NCBI RefSeq assembly: GCF_036365525.1
Contig: NW_027140485.1
Coordinates: 992,001 to 1,056,000, forward strand
Source of the DNA: Heterodontus francisci
Taxonomy: Eukaryota
Length of the DNA: 64,000 nt
Direction: 5' to 3'
Shown here: in pieces, positions 1 through 12,180 of the stretch
Position numbering within the stretch: position 1 is the first letter of the stretch
Layout: each line of letters starts with the position of its first letter
Notes under the pieces: generated by a model
Databases searched by the model: none
What the model saw: only the letters and a program-made list of their open reading frames with translations
What the model was told of the DNA's origin: nothing
Translations under genes and position numbers: made by a program

Positions 1-540
1 CCTTATCTCAGGAAGGGTATACTTGCCATAGAGAGAGTGCAACAGAGGTTCACCAGACTAATCCCTGGAATGGTGGGATTGTTTTATGAGGAGAGATTGA
101 GGAAACTGGGCCTGTATCCTCTAGAGTTTCGAAGAATGAAAGGTGATCTCATTGAAACTTACAAAATTCTTACAGGGTGTAACAGGGTAGATGTTGTTTC
201 AGATGTGTATAGGATGTTTCCTCTGGCTGGTGAGTCTAGAACCAGGGGACACAGCCTCAGAATGAGGGGGAGGACATTTAAGAGTGAGATGAGGAGGAAT
301 TTCTTCACTCAGAGGGTGGTGAATCTGTGGAATTCTCTACCTCAGAGGGCTGTGGAAGCTCAATCATTGAGTATGTTCAAGACAGGAATCAATAGATATC
401 TGGATACTAATGACATCAAGGGATATGGGGATAGTGGGGGAAAATGGCTTCGAGTAGATGATCAACCATGATCTGTTTGAATGTCAGAGCAGGCTCGATG
501 GGCTGAATGGCCTACTCCTGCTCCGATGTTCCTATATCCT
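1..540 (+). mobile_element. CR1 LINE 3' fragment (end of ORF2 plus 3' UTR)
   Basis: ORF 37-471 has CR1 ORF2 C-terminal motifs (QRRFTRLIPGM, RMKGDLIETYKIL, RRNFFTQRVVNLWNSLP), followed by the CR1 3' UTR and an ATGTTCCT-type tail. Confidence 0.9.
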
Positions 541-554
541 AAAGGATCTATGAT

Positions 555-750
555 ATATGTCCAAGTCAGCATGATGTGCAACCTGGAGAAAACCTTGGAG
601 TTGATAGTATTCCTGTTATAATTCTGGTCGGAATGGTAAAGTCTGCAGAGTTAGAGGTGTTATAGTGCTTCCTATAGATGGTACTTACTGCAGTCACCTT
701 GTGACAGTGTTGGAGGGGACTGGTATTGACTGCAATGGCTGGGGTACTGA
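555..750 (-). mobile_element. Old degraded 3' fragment of the LINE family seen at 3825-7728
   Basis: gtccaagtcagcatgatgtg...ttggagttgatagtattcc aligns by eye with ttccaagtcaggatggtgtg...ttgtaggtgatggtgttccc at ~4020-4075. Confidence 0.55.
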
Positions 751-817
751 TAAAGAAGATGGCTCTGTGTCCACTCTCTCTTTCTCTATCATATGTATTC
801 CTCTCTAAATTCCTCAG

Positions 818-856
818 ATGTCACACTGACATTTTTAAACAGTCCATGTAATGCAG
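818..856 (+). CDS. Candidate 39-nt phase 1-1 micro-exon of the Ig receptor (xVTLTFLNSPCNA), linker or end of leader
   Basis: Pyrimidine-rich acceptor ctctctaaattcctcAG, then donor CAG|GTGATA. It lies in one of the few non-repeat islands upstream of the V exon, and its phase matches the phase-1 start of the V exon. The donor is weak and there is no homology support. Confidence 0.35.
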
Positions 857-1768
857 GTGATAATTAGAGCTTGTTTGCTTCAGAATTGACTTTAAAACGT
901 AAGAATTAGGAGCAGGAATTGGCCATTCAGCCCCTCAAGCCTCCTCCACCATTCAATAAGGTCATGGCTGATCTGATTGTGGCCTCAACTCCACTTTTCT
1001 GCCTGTTCTCCATAACCCTTGACTCCCTTGTAGCTCAAACCTCTGTCTAAATCAACCTTGAATATATTCAATGACCCAGCCTCCACTGCTCTCGGGGGAA
1101 TTTATGACCCTCTGAGAGAAGAAATTCCTCCTCATCTCCGTCTTAAATGGGAGATCCCTTATTCTAAAACTGTTCTAGATTCCCCCACGATGGGAAGCAT
1201 CCTTTCAACATCTACTCTGGAAAGGCCCCTTAGAATCTTATATGCTTCAATAAGATCACCTCTCATTCTTCTAAATTCCAATGAATATCAGCCCAACCTG
1301 CTCAACCTTTCCTCATTAGAAAACCCATTCATCCCAGGAATCAACCTAGTGAACTTTCTCCAAACTGCTTCCAATGCAAGTATATCTCTCCTTAAGTAAG
1401 GAGACCAAAACTGTACACAGTACTCAAAATATGTTCTCATCAATGCCCTGTACAGTTATAGCAAGACTTCCCTACTTTTATACTCCCACTCCTTGCAATA
1501 AAGGCCAACATTCCATTTGCCGTCCTAATTACTCACAGTACCTGCATGTTGATTTTTTTGTGATTCATGTACAAGGTCACCCAGATCCCTCAGGACCACA
1601 GCATTTGTTGTCTGCCTCCATTTAAATAATAACTTGTTTTCTATTCTTCCTACCAAAGTGGACAACCTCACATTTTGCAACATGATATTCCATCTGCCAA
1701 ATTTTTTCCCATTTACTGAAGCCTTTGCAGACTCTCTTTGTGTCCTCCTCACAACTTGCTTATCTTTG

Positions 1769-3441
1769 GAACTCAGAGAGAGAGAGACACTGTGAGGTTC
1801 TTGAGCAAATTGTCACAGGGAGTAACAAGGTATTGGAGGTTTTGGAAGGCTTAAGAGTAGACAAATCTCCAGGTCCGGATGATGTGTGTCCCAGGATGCT
1901 GTGGGAGGCGAGGGTGGAGATTGCAGGGGCTCTGACCCTAATTTTTAATTCCTCTCTGGCCACGGGGGAGGTGCCAGAGGACTGGAGAACAGCTAATGTG
2001 GTCCCACTATTTAAGAAAGGTTGTAGAGATAAGCCAGGGAACTACAGACCAGTGAGTCTCACGTCAGTGGTAGGGAAACTATTGGAGAAAATTCTGAAGG
2101 AGAGAATCTATCTCCACTTGGAGAGGCAAAATTTGATTAGGAATAGTCAGCATGGCTTTTTCAGAGGGAGGTCATGCTTAACAAATTTAATTGAATTTTT
2201 TGAGCATGTGACCAGGTGTGTAGATGAGGGTAGTGCAGTTGATGTAGTTTACATGGATTTCAGCAAAGCCTTTGACAAGGCCCCACATGGGAGACTTATC
2301 AAGAAAGCAAGTGCACATGGGATACAAGGTAACTTGATAAGGTGGATTCAAAATTGGCTTAGCTGTAGGAGACAGAGAGTGATGACAGACGGCTGTTTTT
2401 TTGAATGGAAGCCAGTGTCCAGTGGCGTACCACCGGGATCTGTGCTGGGTCCCCTATTGGTAGTCATTTATATAAATGACATAGATGACTATGTGGGGGG
2501 TAGGATCAGTAAGTTCACGGATGACATAAAGATTGGCCGAGTGGTTAACAGTGAGGTTGAGTGTCTTGGGTTACAGGAAGATATAGACGGGATGGTCAAA
2601 TGGGCAGAAAAGTGGCAGATGGAATTTAACCCTGAAAAGTGTGAGGTGATACACTTTGGAAGGAGTAATGTGACACGGAAGTATTCAATGAATGGCCTGA
2701 CACTGGGAAGTTCCGAGGAACAAAGGGACCTTGGCGTGTTTGTCTATCGATCTCTGAAGGCAGAAGGGCAGGTTAATAGGGTGGTGAAAAAGGCATATGG
2801 GACACTTGCCTTTATCAATCGAGGCATAGATCACAAAACAGGGAGGTCATGTTGGAGTTGTATAGAACTTTGGTAAGGCCACAGCTGGAGTACTGTGTGC
2901 AATTCTGGTCGCCACATTATGGGAAGGATGTGATTGCACTGGAGGGGGTGCAGAGGTAATTCACCAGGATGTTGCCTGGGATGGGACATTTAAGCTATGA
3001 GGAGAGGTTGGATAGGCTTGGGTTGTTTTCACTGGAGCAGAGAAGACTAAGGGGTGACCTGATCGAGGTGTTCAAGATAATGAGGGGCATGGACAGGGTG
3101 GATAGGGAGCAGCTGTTCCCCTTAGTTGAAGGGTCAGTTACGAGGGGTCACAAGTTTAAGGTGAGGGGCAGTAGGTTTAAGGGGGATTTGAGGAAGAACT
3201 TTTTTACCCAGAGGGTGGTGACTGTCTGGAATGCCCTGCCTGGGAGGGTGGTAGAGGCAGGTTGCCTCACATCCTTTAATAAGTACCTGGATGAGCACTT
3301 GGCACGTCATAACATTCAAGGCTATGGGCCAAGTGCTGGCAAATGGGATTAGGTAGACAGGTCAGGTGTCTTTAATGCATTGGTGCAGACTCGATGGGCC
3401 GGATGGCCTCTTCTGCACTGTATTATTCTGTGATTCTGTGA
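1769..3441 (+). mobile_element. 5'-truncated CR1 LINE (RT domain to 3' tail) nested in the CR1 host
   Basis: ORFs 1725-2876 and 2969-3352 have PGNYRPVSLTS, DFSKAFD, GVPPGSVLGP and FTDD. Tail is (ATTCTGTG)n. TTTG flanks both ends (1765-1768 and 3442-3445). Confidence 0.92.
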
Positions 3442-5862
3442 TTTGTATCGTCCACAAATTTGGCTACAATACACATGGTCCCATCTTCCAAGTCATTAAT
3501 AATATAAACAACATGTACTGTACAGATTGATGGCTCTATTTCTGGCCATTTTGGAGTAAAGAAAGGAGTGAAACAGGGTTGTGTCCAACCGCCCCCACCT
3601 CCCCCCCCCCACTCTGTTTGGCATCTTCTTCTCCATGCTCCTGACCTTCCCTGCAGATATGAAGGGAGTCTCCTTGCACACTAGGTCAGACGGCAAGCTC
3701 TATAATCTATCAAGGCGGGAAGCAAACAAAAAAACACATCACATCCTGATCAGAGAACTCCTCGACACTGATGATGCTGCACTAGTTGCTCACACAGGAA
3801 CTCAGCTGCAAAGACTCATGGACTTTTTTTCATTCATGGGATGTGGGCGTTGCTGGCTAGGCCAGCATTTATTGCCCATCCCTAATTGCCCTTGAGCAAG
3901 TAGTGGTGAGCTGCCTTCTTGAACCGCTGCAGTCCATGTGAGGTAGGTAGACCCACAGTGCTGTTAGGAAGGGAGTTCCAGGATTTTGACCCAGCGACAG
4001 TGAAGGAACGGTTATAAAGTTCCAAGTCAGGATGGTGTGTGACTGGAGGGGAACTTGTAGGTGATGGTGTTCCCATCCATTTGCTGCCCTTGTCCTTCTT
4101 GTTGGTAGAGGTCATGGGTTTGGAAGGTGCTGTCTAAGGAGCCTTGGTGCATTGTTGCAGTGCACCTTGTAGATGGTACACACTGCTGCCACTGTGCGTC
4201 GATGGTGGAGGGAGTGAATGTTTGTAGATGGGGTGCCAATCAAGTGGGTTGCTTTGTCCTGGATGATGTCGAGCTTCTTGAGTGTTGTTGGAGCTGCACC
4301 CATCCAGGCAAGTGGAGGGTATTCCATCACACTCCTGACTTGTGCTTTGTAGATGGTGGACAGGCTTTGGAGAGTCCGGAGGTGAGTTACCCGCCGCAGG
4401 ATTCCGAGCCTCTGACCTGCTCTTGTAGCCACGGTATTTATATGGCTACTCCAGTTCAGTTTCTGGTCAATGGTAGCCCCTGGGATGTTGATAGTGGGGG
4501 ATTCAGCGATGGTAATGCTGTTGAATGTCAAGGGGAGACGGTTGAATTCTCTCTTGTTGGAGATGGTCATTGCCTGGCACTTGTGTGGCGCGAATGTTAC
4601 TAGCCCAAGCCTGGATACTGTCCAAGTCTTTTTGTGTTTCTACACGGACTGCTTCAGTATCTGAGGAGTCATGAATGGTGCTGAACATTGTGCAATCATC
4701 AGCGAACATCCCCACTTCTGACCTTATGATTGAAGGAAGGTCATTGATGAAGCAGCTGAAGATGGTTGGGCCTAGGACACTACCCTGAGGAACTCCTACA
4801 GTGATGTCCTGGAGCTCAGATGATTGTCCTCCAACAACCACAACCATCTTCCTTTGCGCTAGGTATGACTGCAGCCAGCGGAGGGTTTTCCCTCTGATTC
4901 CAATCGATTTCAGTTTTGCTGGGGCTCCTTGATGCCATGTCGGTCAAATGCTGCCTTGATGTCAAGGGCAGTCACTCTCACCTCACCTATTGAGTTCAGC
5001 TCTTTTGTCCATGTTTGAACCAAGGCTGTAATAAGGTCAGGAGCTGAGTGGCCCTGGTGGAACCCAAACTGAGCGTCACTGAGCATGTTATTGCTAAGCA
5101 AGTGCCGCTTGATGGCACTGTTGATGACACATTCTATCACTTTACCGATGATTGAGAGTAGGCTGATGGGGCGGTAATTGGCCGGGTTGGACTTGTCCTG
5201 CTTTTTGTGTACAGGACATACCTGGGCAATTTTTCACATTGCAGGGTAGATGCCAGTTTTGTAGCTGTACTGGAACAGCTTGGATAGGGGCGCGGCAATT
5301 TCTGGAGCACAAGTCTTCAGTACTATTGCCGGAATATTGTCAGGGCCCATAGCTTTTGCAGTATCCAGTGCCTTCAGTCATTTCTTGATATCACGTGGAG
5401 TGAATTGAATTGGCTGAAGTCTGGTATCTGTGATGCTGGGGACTTCAGGAGGAGGCCGAGATGGATCATCAACTTGGCACTTCTGGCTGCAGATTGTTGC
5501 AAATGCTTCTGCCTTATTTTTCGCACTGATGTGCTGGGCTCCCCTATCATTGAGGATGGGGATATTTGTGGAGCCACCTCCTCCAGTTAGTTGTTTAATT
5601 GTCCACCACCATTCACGGCTGGATGTGGCAGGACTGCAGAGCTTAGATCTGATCCGTTGGCTATGGGATCGCTTAGCTCTGTCTATTGCATGCTGCTTAT
5701 GCAGTTTGGCATTCAGATAGTCCTGTGTTGTAGCTTCACCAGGTTGACACCTCATTTTGAGGTATGCCTGGTGCTGCTCCTGGCATGCCCTCCTGCACTC
5801 TTCATTGAACCAGGGTTGGTCTCCTGGCTTGATGGTAATGGTAGAGTGGGGGATATGCCGGG

Positions 5863-6508
5863 CCCCCCCCCCCCCCCACCCCCCCCCCCCACCCCCTCCC
5901 TCTACCCCTCCCCCTTGCATCCCCTCCTCCCACCGGCACCATCCTACACCTGTGTAGGGGCCCCAACAACCCCACTGCCTTGTGGGCGTCTCGGGAGAGA
6001 CCAAGGCTAAGGGAGTAAACCCTAACAGAAAATCCGGAGCGGAACCCCGTAGGCGGTCATGTGTCACCTTTGGCATGTTTCCGGCAGTTCCTGCAGCCAT
6101 ACTGGTGCCAAACGTCGTGTCCTGCACTCCTTTGGACCCCACCAGAAAGGCCGAGAGGGGGGTTTTGACGACTGGGCAACTCTCAACCTCCATAAATTTG
6201 CCCAGGCATGCGCCATGGAGAGGTCACTCCATAGTTGCCTCACAGCGACTGAAACAACACGGAAGGCAGCAGTTACGGGTTATAAGTCCAGATAAATCGG
6301 CGTAGAAACTGGGCGCCACGGGTTGCCTTTGTCGGTGGGAGAGGTCATTGCACCTCACTGGACAGCTAATTTCTCTGCAGCACCTGTGGAAGAGCCTGTC
6401 ACTCCAGAATTGGCCTTTATAGCCACTCCAGGCGCTGCTTCACAAACCACTGACCACCTCCAGGCGCGTATCCATTGTCTCTCGAGATAAGGAGGCCCAA
6501 AAGAAGAA
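5863..6508 (+). mobile_element. Non-autonomous, internally deleted RTE derivative (5' UTR fused to 3' end)
   Basis: 5863-6368 is nearly identical to the reverse complement of ~22003-22490 (RTE 5' UTR). 6369-6508 is nearly identical to the reverse complement of ~18662-18796 (RTE 3' end), and it ends in an AAG-type tail. Confidence 0.9.
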
Positions 6509-7627
6509 AGGTTACAGATTGTGGTTGAGTACAATTCTGCTGCTGCTGATGGCCCACAGCACCTCATGGATGCCCAGTTTTGCATTGCTAGATCTGTTCA
6601 AAATCAATCCCATTTAGCACGGTGATAGTGCCACACAACACGATGGACGGTATCCTCAATGTAAAGGTGGGACATCGTCTCCACAAGGACTGTGCAGTGG
6701 TCACTCCTACCAATACAGTCATGGACAGAAGCATCTGTGGCAGGTAGATTGGTGAGGACGAGGTCGAGTATGTTTTTCCCTCGTGTTGGTTCCCCCACCA
6801 CCTGCCGCAGACCCAGTCTAGCAGCCATGTCCTTTAGGACTCGGCCAGCTCGGTCAGTAGTGATGCTACCGAGCCACTCTTGGTAATGGACATTGAAGTC
6901 CCCCACCCAGAGTACATTTTGTGCCCTTGCCACCCTCAGTGCTTCCTCCAAGTGGTGTTCAACATGGAGGAGTACTGAGTCATCAGCTGAGGGAGGGCGA
7001 TAGGTGGTAATCAATAGGAGGTTACATTGCCCATGTTTGAACTGAGGCCATGAGACTTCATGGGGTCCGGAGTCGATGTTGATGACTCCCAGGGCAACTC
7101 CCTCCCTACTGTATACCACTGTGCTGCCACCTCTGCTGGGTCTGTCCTGCCGGTGGGACAGGACATACCCGGGGATGGTGATGGCAGTGTCTGGGACATT
7201 GTCTGTCAGGTATGATTCCGTGAGTATGACTATGTCAGGCTGTTGCTTGACTAGTCTGTGGCACAAGCCCCCAGATGTTAGTAAGGAGGACTTTGCAGGG
7301 TCAACAGGGCTGGGTTTGCTGTTGTCGTTTCTGGTGCCTAGGTCGATGCCGGGTGGTCCGTCCAGTTTCATTCCTTTTTATTGACTTCGTAGCAGTTAGG
7401 TACAACTGAGTGGAATGCTAGGCCATTTCAGAGGGCGTGTAAGAGTTAACCACATTGCTGTGGGTCTGGAGTCACATGTAGGCCAGACCAGGTAAGGACG
7501 GCAGATTTCCTTCCCTAAAGGACATTAGTGAACCAGATGGGTTTTTACAACAATCGACAATAGTTTCATGGCCATCATCAGACTAGCTTTTAATTCCAGA
7601 TTTATTAATTAAATTCAAATTCCACCT

Positions 7628-7722
7628 TCTGCTGTGGTGGGATTCAAACCCATGTCTCCAGAGCAATACCTGGGTCTCTGGGTTACTAGTCCAGTGATAA
7701 TACCACTACGCTACCGCCTACC
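7628..7722 (-). promoter_or_regulatory. tRNA-like head with Pol III A and B boxes at the 5' end of the LINE
   Basis: The minus strand reads GGCGG-TAGCGTAGTGG-TATT...GGTTTGAATCC-CACC. A box at 7703-7713; B box at 7640-7650 (one mismatch to GGTTCGAATCC). Confidence 0.75.
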
Positions 7723-9929
7723 CACAACTGGACTGTCTCTCCCCTGCCTGTTACTTGTTCTCCTTGATTATAAGCATCAATAAAACTGTGGTCATGGGAC
7801 AACATGTTACAAATCTGCCCTGATCACAGTAAATAACATCCCACTGGAAGTGGTTAGCAAATTTTGCTACCTTGGGTCCACAGTGACAGACAATCTGTCC
7901 CTTGATGCAGAGCTTGTTACACACATGGGGAAAGCAGCAAGTGCCTTTGGCTGACTTGTGAAATACGCATGGTATAACACCACCCTGACCCTTAGGACCA
8001 AGCTGATGGTTTATAAGGCCTGTGTTCTCTGCACCTTGCTGTATGAGTCTGAAACATGGGTGATTTACAGCTACCAGGAAAAGAAACTCAATAATTTCCA
8101 TCTTCGCTGTCTGCGGTGCATTATGGGTATATCCTGGCAGAACAAAATCACAAATGTGGCAGTCCTCTCAAAGGCAGAGCTCCCCAGCGTGTTGGCATTA
8201 ATCAAACAGAGGCGGCTTTGGTGGATTGGACATGTCCGCAGGATGGAAGACAGTCTCATACCCAAGGACCATCTGTATGGTGAGGTAGCTGGGGTCAGAC
8301 GACCAGTGGGGCACCCAAAGCTCCACTTCAGGGAAGCTTGTAAGCGTGACATGAAGGCTCTAAATGTCGACTGTTGCACTTGGGAGTCACTAGCTGGCAA
8401 AAGAGGGAAATGGTGACACATTCTGTGGACTGGTGAGCACTACCATGATCACCAGTTGCTGCAGCAGCTTGGCAACAGGTGCCAACATCAGAAACAGCAA
8501 CTCACAGCATCACTCAGCAGCTTCACGTGTAGCACTTGTGGCAAAACCTGCCTCTCAAGAATTGGTCTTCACAGCTATCAGCAAAGGTGCACCAAGAGAA
8601 GACACCCCACCTAAATTCTGTGTCTCCATCATCTTTCGTAGATAGACGAATGCCAACCAAATGATGAGATCCCAGCACTGATCCCTGTGGCACCCCACTA
8701 GATACAGTTTGCCAACCTACTCTTTGTGTCCTGTGAGAAAGCCAGTCCTCTATCCATGCTAATATATTACCTCCAACACCATGAGTTCTTATCGTGTGTA
8801 GTAACCTTTTATATGGCACCATACTGAGTGCCTTTTGGAAATCCAAATACACGATACTGACTGGATCCCCTTTATCCACCCTGCTTGTAACATCCTCAAA
8901 GAACTCTAATAAATTTGTCAAACATTATTTCCCTTTCACAAAACCATGTTGACTCTGCCTGATTGTATTCTGATTTTCTAAATTTCCTGCTACTACATCC
9001 TTAGTAATGGATTCGAGCATTTTCCCAATGACAGATGTTCGGCTAACTGGCCGAGCGTTTTCTGCTTTCAGTCACCCCTCCTTTCTTGAATAGGGGCATG
9101 GTATTTGTGGTTTTCCAGTCCGCTGGGAGCTTTCCATAATCTAGGGAATGTTGAAAGATTATAACCAATGTACCCACTATCTCTGCAGCCACTTCTTTTA
9201 AGACCCTAGGATGCAGGTCATCCGATCCAGGGGACTTGTCAGACTTTAGTCCCATAGCTTTCCTTGTACATTTCTCCAGTAATAGTGATTGTTTTAAGCT
9301 CCTCCCCCCATTTTGACTCCTGATTTTCTACTATTATTTGGATGCTTTTTGCGTCTTCTACTGTGAAGACAGATCGAAAATATTTGTTCAAAGTCTCTGT
9401 CTTTTCCTTGTTATCTCTTATTAATTTCCCAGTCTCATCTTCTAAGGGACCAACATTTATTTTAGCTACTCTGTTCCTTTTTACATATTTGTAGAAGCCC
9501 CTTCAGTCTGTTTTTATATTTCTTGCTAGTTTACTCTCATTGTCTAATTGCTCCATTTTTTTTAGTCCTCCTTTGCTAGTTTCTAAAGTTTTCCCAATCT
9601 TCTGACCTACCACTAATCTTTGCAGCATTGTACACCTTTTCTTTCGCTTTGATACTATCCTTAATTTATTAGTTAGCCACGGATGGTTCACCCTTCTCGT
9701 AGTCGTTCCTTCTCAATGGAATATATCTTTGTTGAGGGTTATAAAATATCTCCTTAAATGTCTGTCACTACTTATTCACCCTCTTCCCTTTTAACCTATT
9801 TCCATCCACATTAGCCAACTCTGTCTTTATACCTTTGTAATTGCCTTTATTGAAGTTTAAGACACTAGTTTCAGACCCAAATTTCTCACCCTCAAACTGG
9901 GAATACTGAAGAGACCAGAATTGGTGGAA

Positions 9930-10290
9930 TACTGAAAGGCTGGAGGAAATCACAGAGATTGAGAGGGATGAAGCCATGGAGAGATTTGAAAACAAAGATG
10001 AGAATTTTAATATTGAGGTTTTGCTTAATCAGGAGCCCATTATGTCAGTGAGTGGAGGAAAGATGGGCAAGTGTTAGGACATGGGCAACTGAGTTTTGAA
10101 TGACTTCAAATTTGCAAAGGGTAGAACTAGGAAGATCAGCCTAGTGGTGGAATAGACAAGTGTAGAGGTAACAAAGGCATGAATGTGCCTTTCAGCAGCA
10201 GATGGGCTGAGACAGGAGAAGAGTCAGTGTTGTTATGAAAGTGGAAATAAGCGGTCTTAGAGTGAATATTTGGTTGAAAGCTAATTTCAC
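9930..10290 (-). mobile_element. Degraded L2-like LINE fragment
   Basis: The minus-strand translation includes HSKTAYFHF, typical of the L2 ORF2 C-terminal region. It appears to continue at 11740-11910. Confidence 0.5.
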
Positions 10291-10304
10291 TGCCTACAAG
10301 GGGA

Positions 10305-10445
10305 GAGGATGAATGATGGATGGGCACTTGAGAGAAATAAACTTACAGGGCATTGGGGATAGGGCTGGGGAATGGGACTGATTGGATAGCTCTGCAGAGA
10401 GCTGGCATGGACTCGATGGGCCGAAAGGCCTCTTTCTGTGCTGTT
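10305..10445 (+). mobile_element. CR1 3' end fragment
   Basis: ggcatggactcgatgggccgaaaggcctctttctgtgctgt resembles the CR1 3' UTR at 3385-3420. Confidence 0.7.
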
Positions 10446-11736
10446 ATGCTTAGCAATAACCTGCTCAATGATGCTCAGTTCCGCCAGGGCCACTCAGCTC
10501 CTGACCTCATTACAGCCTTGGTTCAAACATGGACAAAAGAGCTGAACTCAAGAGGTGAGGTGAGAGTGACTGCCCTTGACATCAAGGCAGCATTTGACTG
10601 AGTATGGTATCAAGGAGCCCCAGCAAAACTGAAGTCAATGGGAATCAGGGGGAAAACACTCCACTGGCTGGAATCATACCGAGCGCAAAGGAAGATGGTT
10701 GTGGTTGTTGGAGGTCAATCATCTGAGCTCCAGGACATCACTGCAGGAGTTCCTCAGAGTAGTGTCCTAGGCCCAACCATCTTCAGCTGCTTCATCAATG
10801 ACCTTCCTTCAATCATAAGGTCAGAAGTGGGGATGTTCGCTGATGATTGCACAATGTTCAGCACCATTCATGACTCCTCAGATACTGAAGCAGTTCATGT
10901 AGAAATGCAGCAAGACCTGGACAATATCCAGGCTTGGGCTGATAATTGGCAAGTAACATTTGCGCCACACAATTGCCAGGCAATGACCATCTCCAACAAG
11001 AGAGAATCTCACCATCTCCCCTTGACAATCAATGGCATTACCATCGCTGAATCCCCCACTATCAACATCCTAGGGGCTACCATTGACCAGAAACTGAACT
11101 GGAGTAACCATATAAATACCGTGGCTACAAGAGCAGGTCAGAGGCTATGAATCCTGAGGTGTGTAACTCACCTCCTGACTCCCCAAAGCCTGTCCACCAT
11201 CTACAAGGCACAAGTCAGGAGTGTGATGGAATACTCTCCATTTGCCTGGATGGGTGCAGCTCCAACAACACTCAAGAAGCTCGACACCATCCAGGACAAA
11301 GCAGCCCACTTGATTGGCACCCCATCTACAAACATTCACTCCCTCCACCACCGACGTACAGTGGCAGCAGTGTGTACCATCTCCAAGATGTACTGCAGCA
11401 ACACACCAAGGCTCCTTAGACAGCACCTTCCAAACCCATGACCTCTACCAACTAGAAGGACAAGGGCAGCAAATACATGGGAACACCACCACCTGCAAGT
11501 TCCCCTCCAAGTCACACACCATCCTGTCTTGGAACTATATCACCGTTCCTTCACTGTTGCTGGGTCAAAATCCTGGAACTCCCTTCCTAACAGCACTGTG
11601 GGTGTACCTATATCCCATGGACTGCAGCGGTTCAAGAAGGCAGCTCACCACTACTTGCTCAAGGGCAATTAGGGATGGGCAATAAATGCTAGTCTAGCCA
11701 GCGACGCCCACATCCCAGGAATGAATTTAAAAAAAA
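10446..11736 (+). mobile_element. 5'-truncated copy of the 3825-7728 LINE family
   Basis: Close reverse-complement match to ~3825-5100. RT motifs in ORFs 10353-11441. Ends gccagcgacgcccacatcccaggaatgaatttaaaaaaaa. Confidence 0.9.
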
Positions 11737-11739
11737 GTT

Positions 11740-11910
11740 TAGTTGGAGGAAATTTCTGCTGCTCTAGTGCTGATGTCAAATAAGCAGTCTGACAGTTTAT
11801 GAAACAGTGGAGGGGTTGAGAGAGAGTTGGTGGTGAGGTTAGCATACGTGTGACACTGTGATTTTGGATGTCGTTGAGGGGCAGCATGTAGAGGAGAAAT
11901 AGGAGGTAAC
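11740..11910 (-). mobile_element. Degraded L2-like RT fragment
   Basis: The minus-strand translation KLSDCLFDI resembles the L2 RT region following the ADD motif. Confidence 0.45.
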
Positions 11911-12180
11911 AACCAGGACTCCAAGTCACAGCTGCTCGAAAGGTCATCTATCCCTCTGTGAATTGAATAGCACTTGCCTATTTTCCTCTTTTATTTTGCT
12001 ACTCTGGCAAACCACTTCGAGTCATTTATAGAATCATTGAGTCCATGCTTCACAGTGAAGATTTCCTCTCTGTTAAATCCCTGACCTTTGCTACCTTGAC
12101 TGAACCCCTCAACACATGCAAAATTTTGCTTCTTTTGGACCAGATTTTAAATTATTGATATTTTTCTCTTCGTGGTGCAG

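Larger units (their letters stand above)
3825..7728 (-). mobile_element. Apparently full-length CR1-group LINE with a single APE-RT ORF (now disrupted) and a tRNA-derived 5' head
   Basis: APE domain in ORF 6604-7371 (DIVILTESYL, YRPP, VGDFN, LDLVLTN, SDH) and RT motifs at 4112-5140 (ALDIKAAFD, GVPQGSVLGP, MFADD). A-rich 3' tail at 3825. 6-bp TSD TGGACT at 3819-3824 and 7729-7734. Confidence 0.88.
3512..8660 (+). mobile_element. Old RTE-clade LINE, 5'-truncated, split by the 3825-7728 insertion
   Basis: GVKQGCV, LFGIFFS and IRELLDTDDAAL at 3560-3820 resume at 7729 and run into ORF 7958-8416 (YKACVLCTLLYESETW, RRLWWIGHVRRM). A C-terminal CSTCGK zinc-finger-like region lies at ~8530. Confidence 0.85.
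899..9898 (-). mobile_element. CR1 LINE (host element), interrupted by insertions at 1769-3441 and ~3512-8660
   Basis: 3' UTR at ~900-1000. RT pieces are colinear across the insertions: ...GVPQGSVLG (8670-8700) continues into INDL/DDT (3445-3510) and then into 1525-1765. Further upstream ORF2 motifs: KSPGSDDLHPRVLKE (9043-9255) and HPWL (9503-9691). Confidence 0.8.

Noticed and set aside
7628-7722. A functional tRNA gene
   Set aside because: It lies inside TSDs as the head of a retroelement, has an expanded A-B spacing and shows no convincing cloverleaf.
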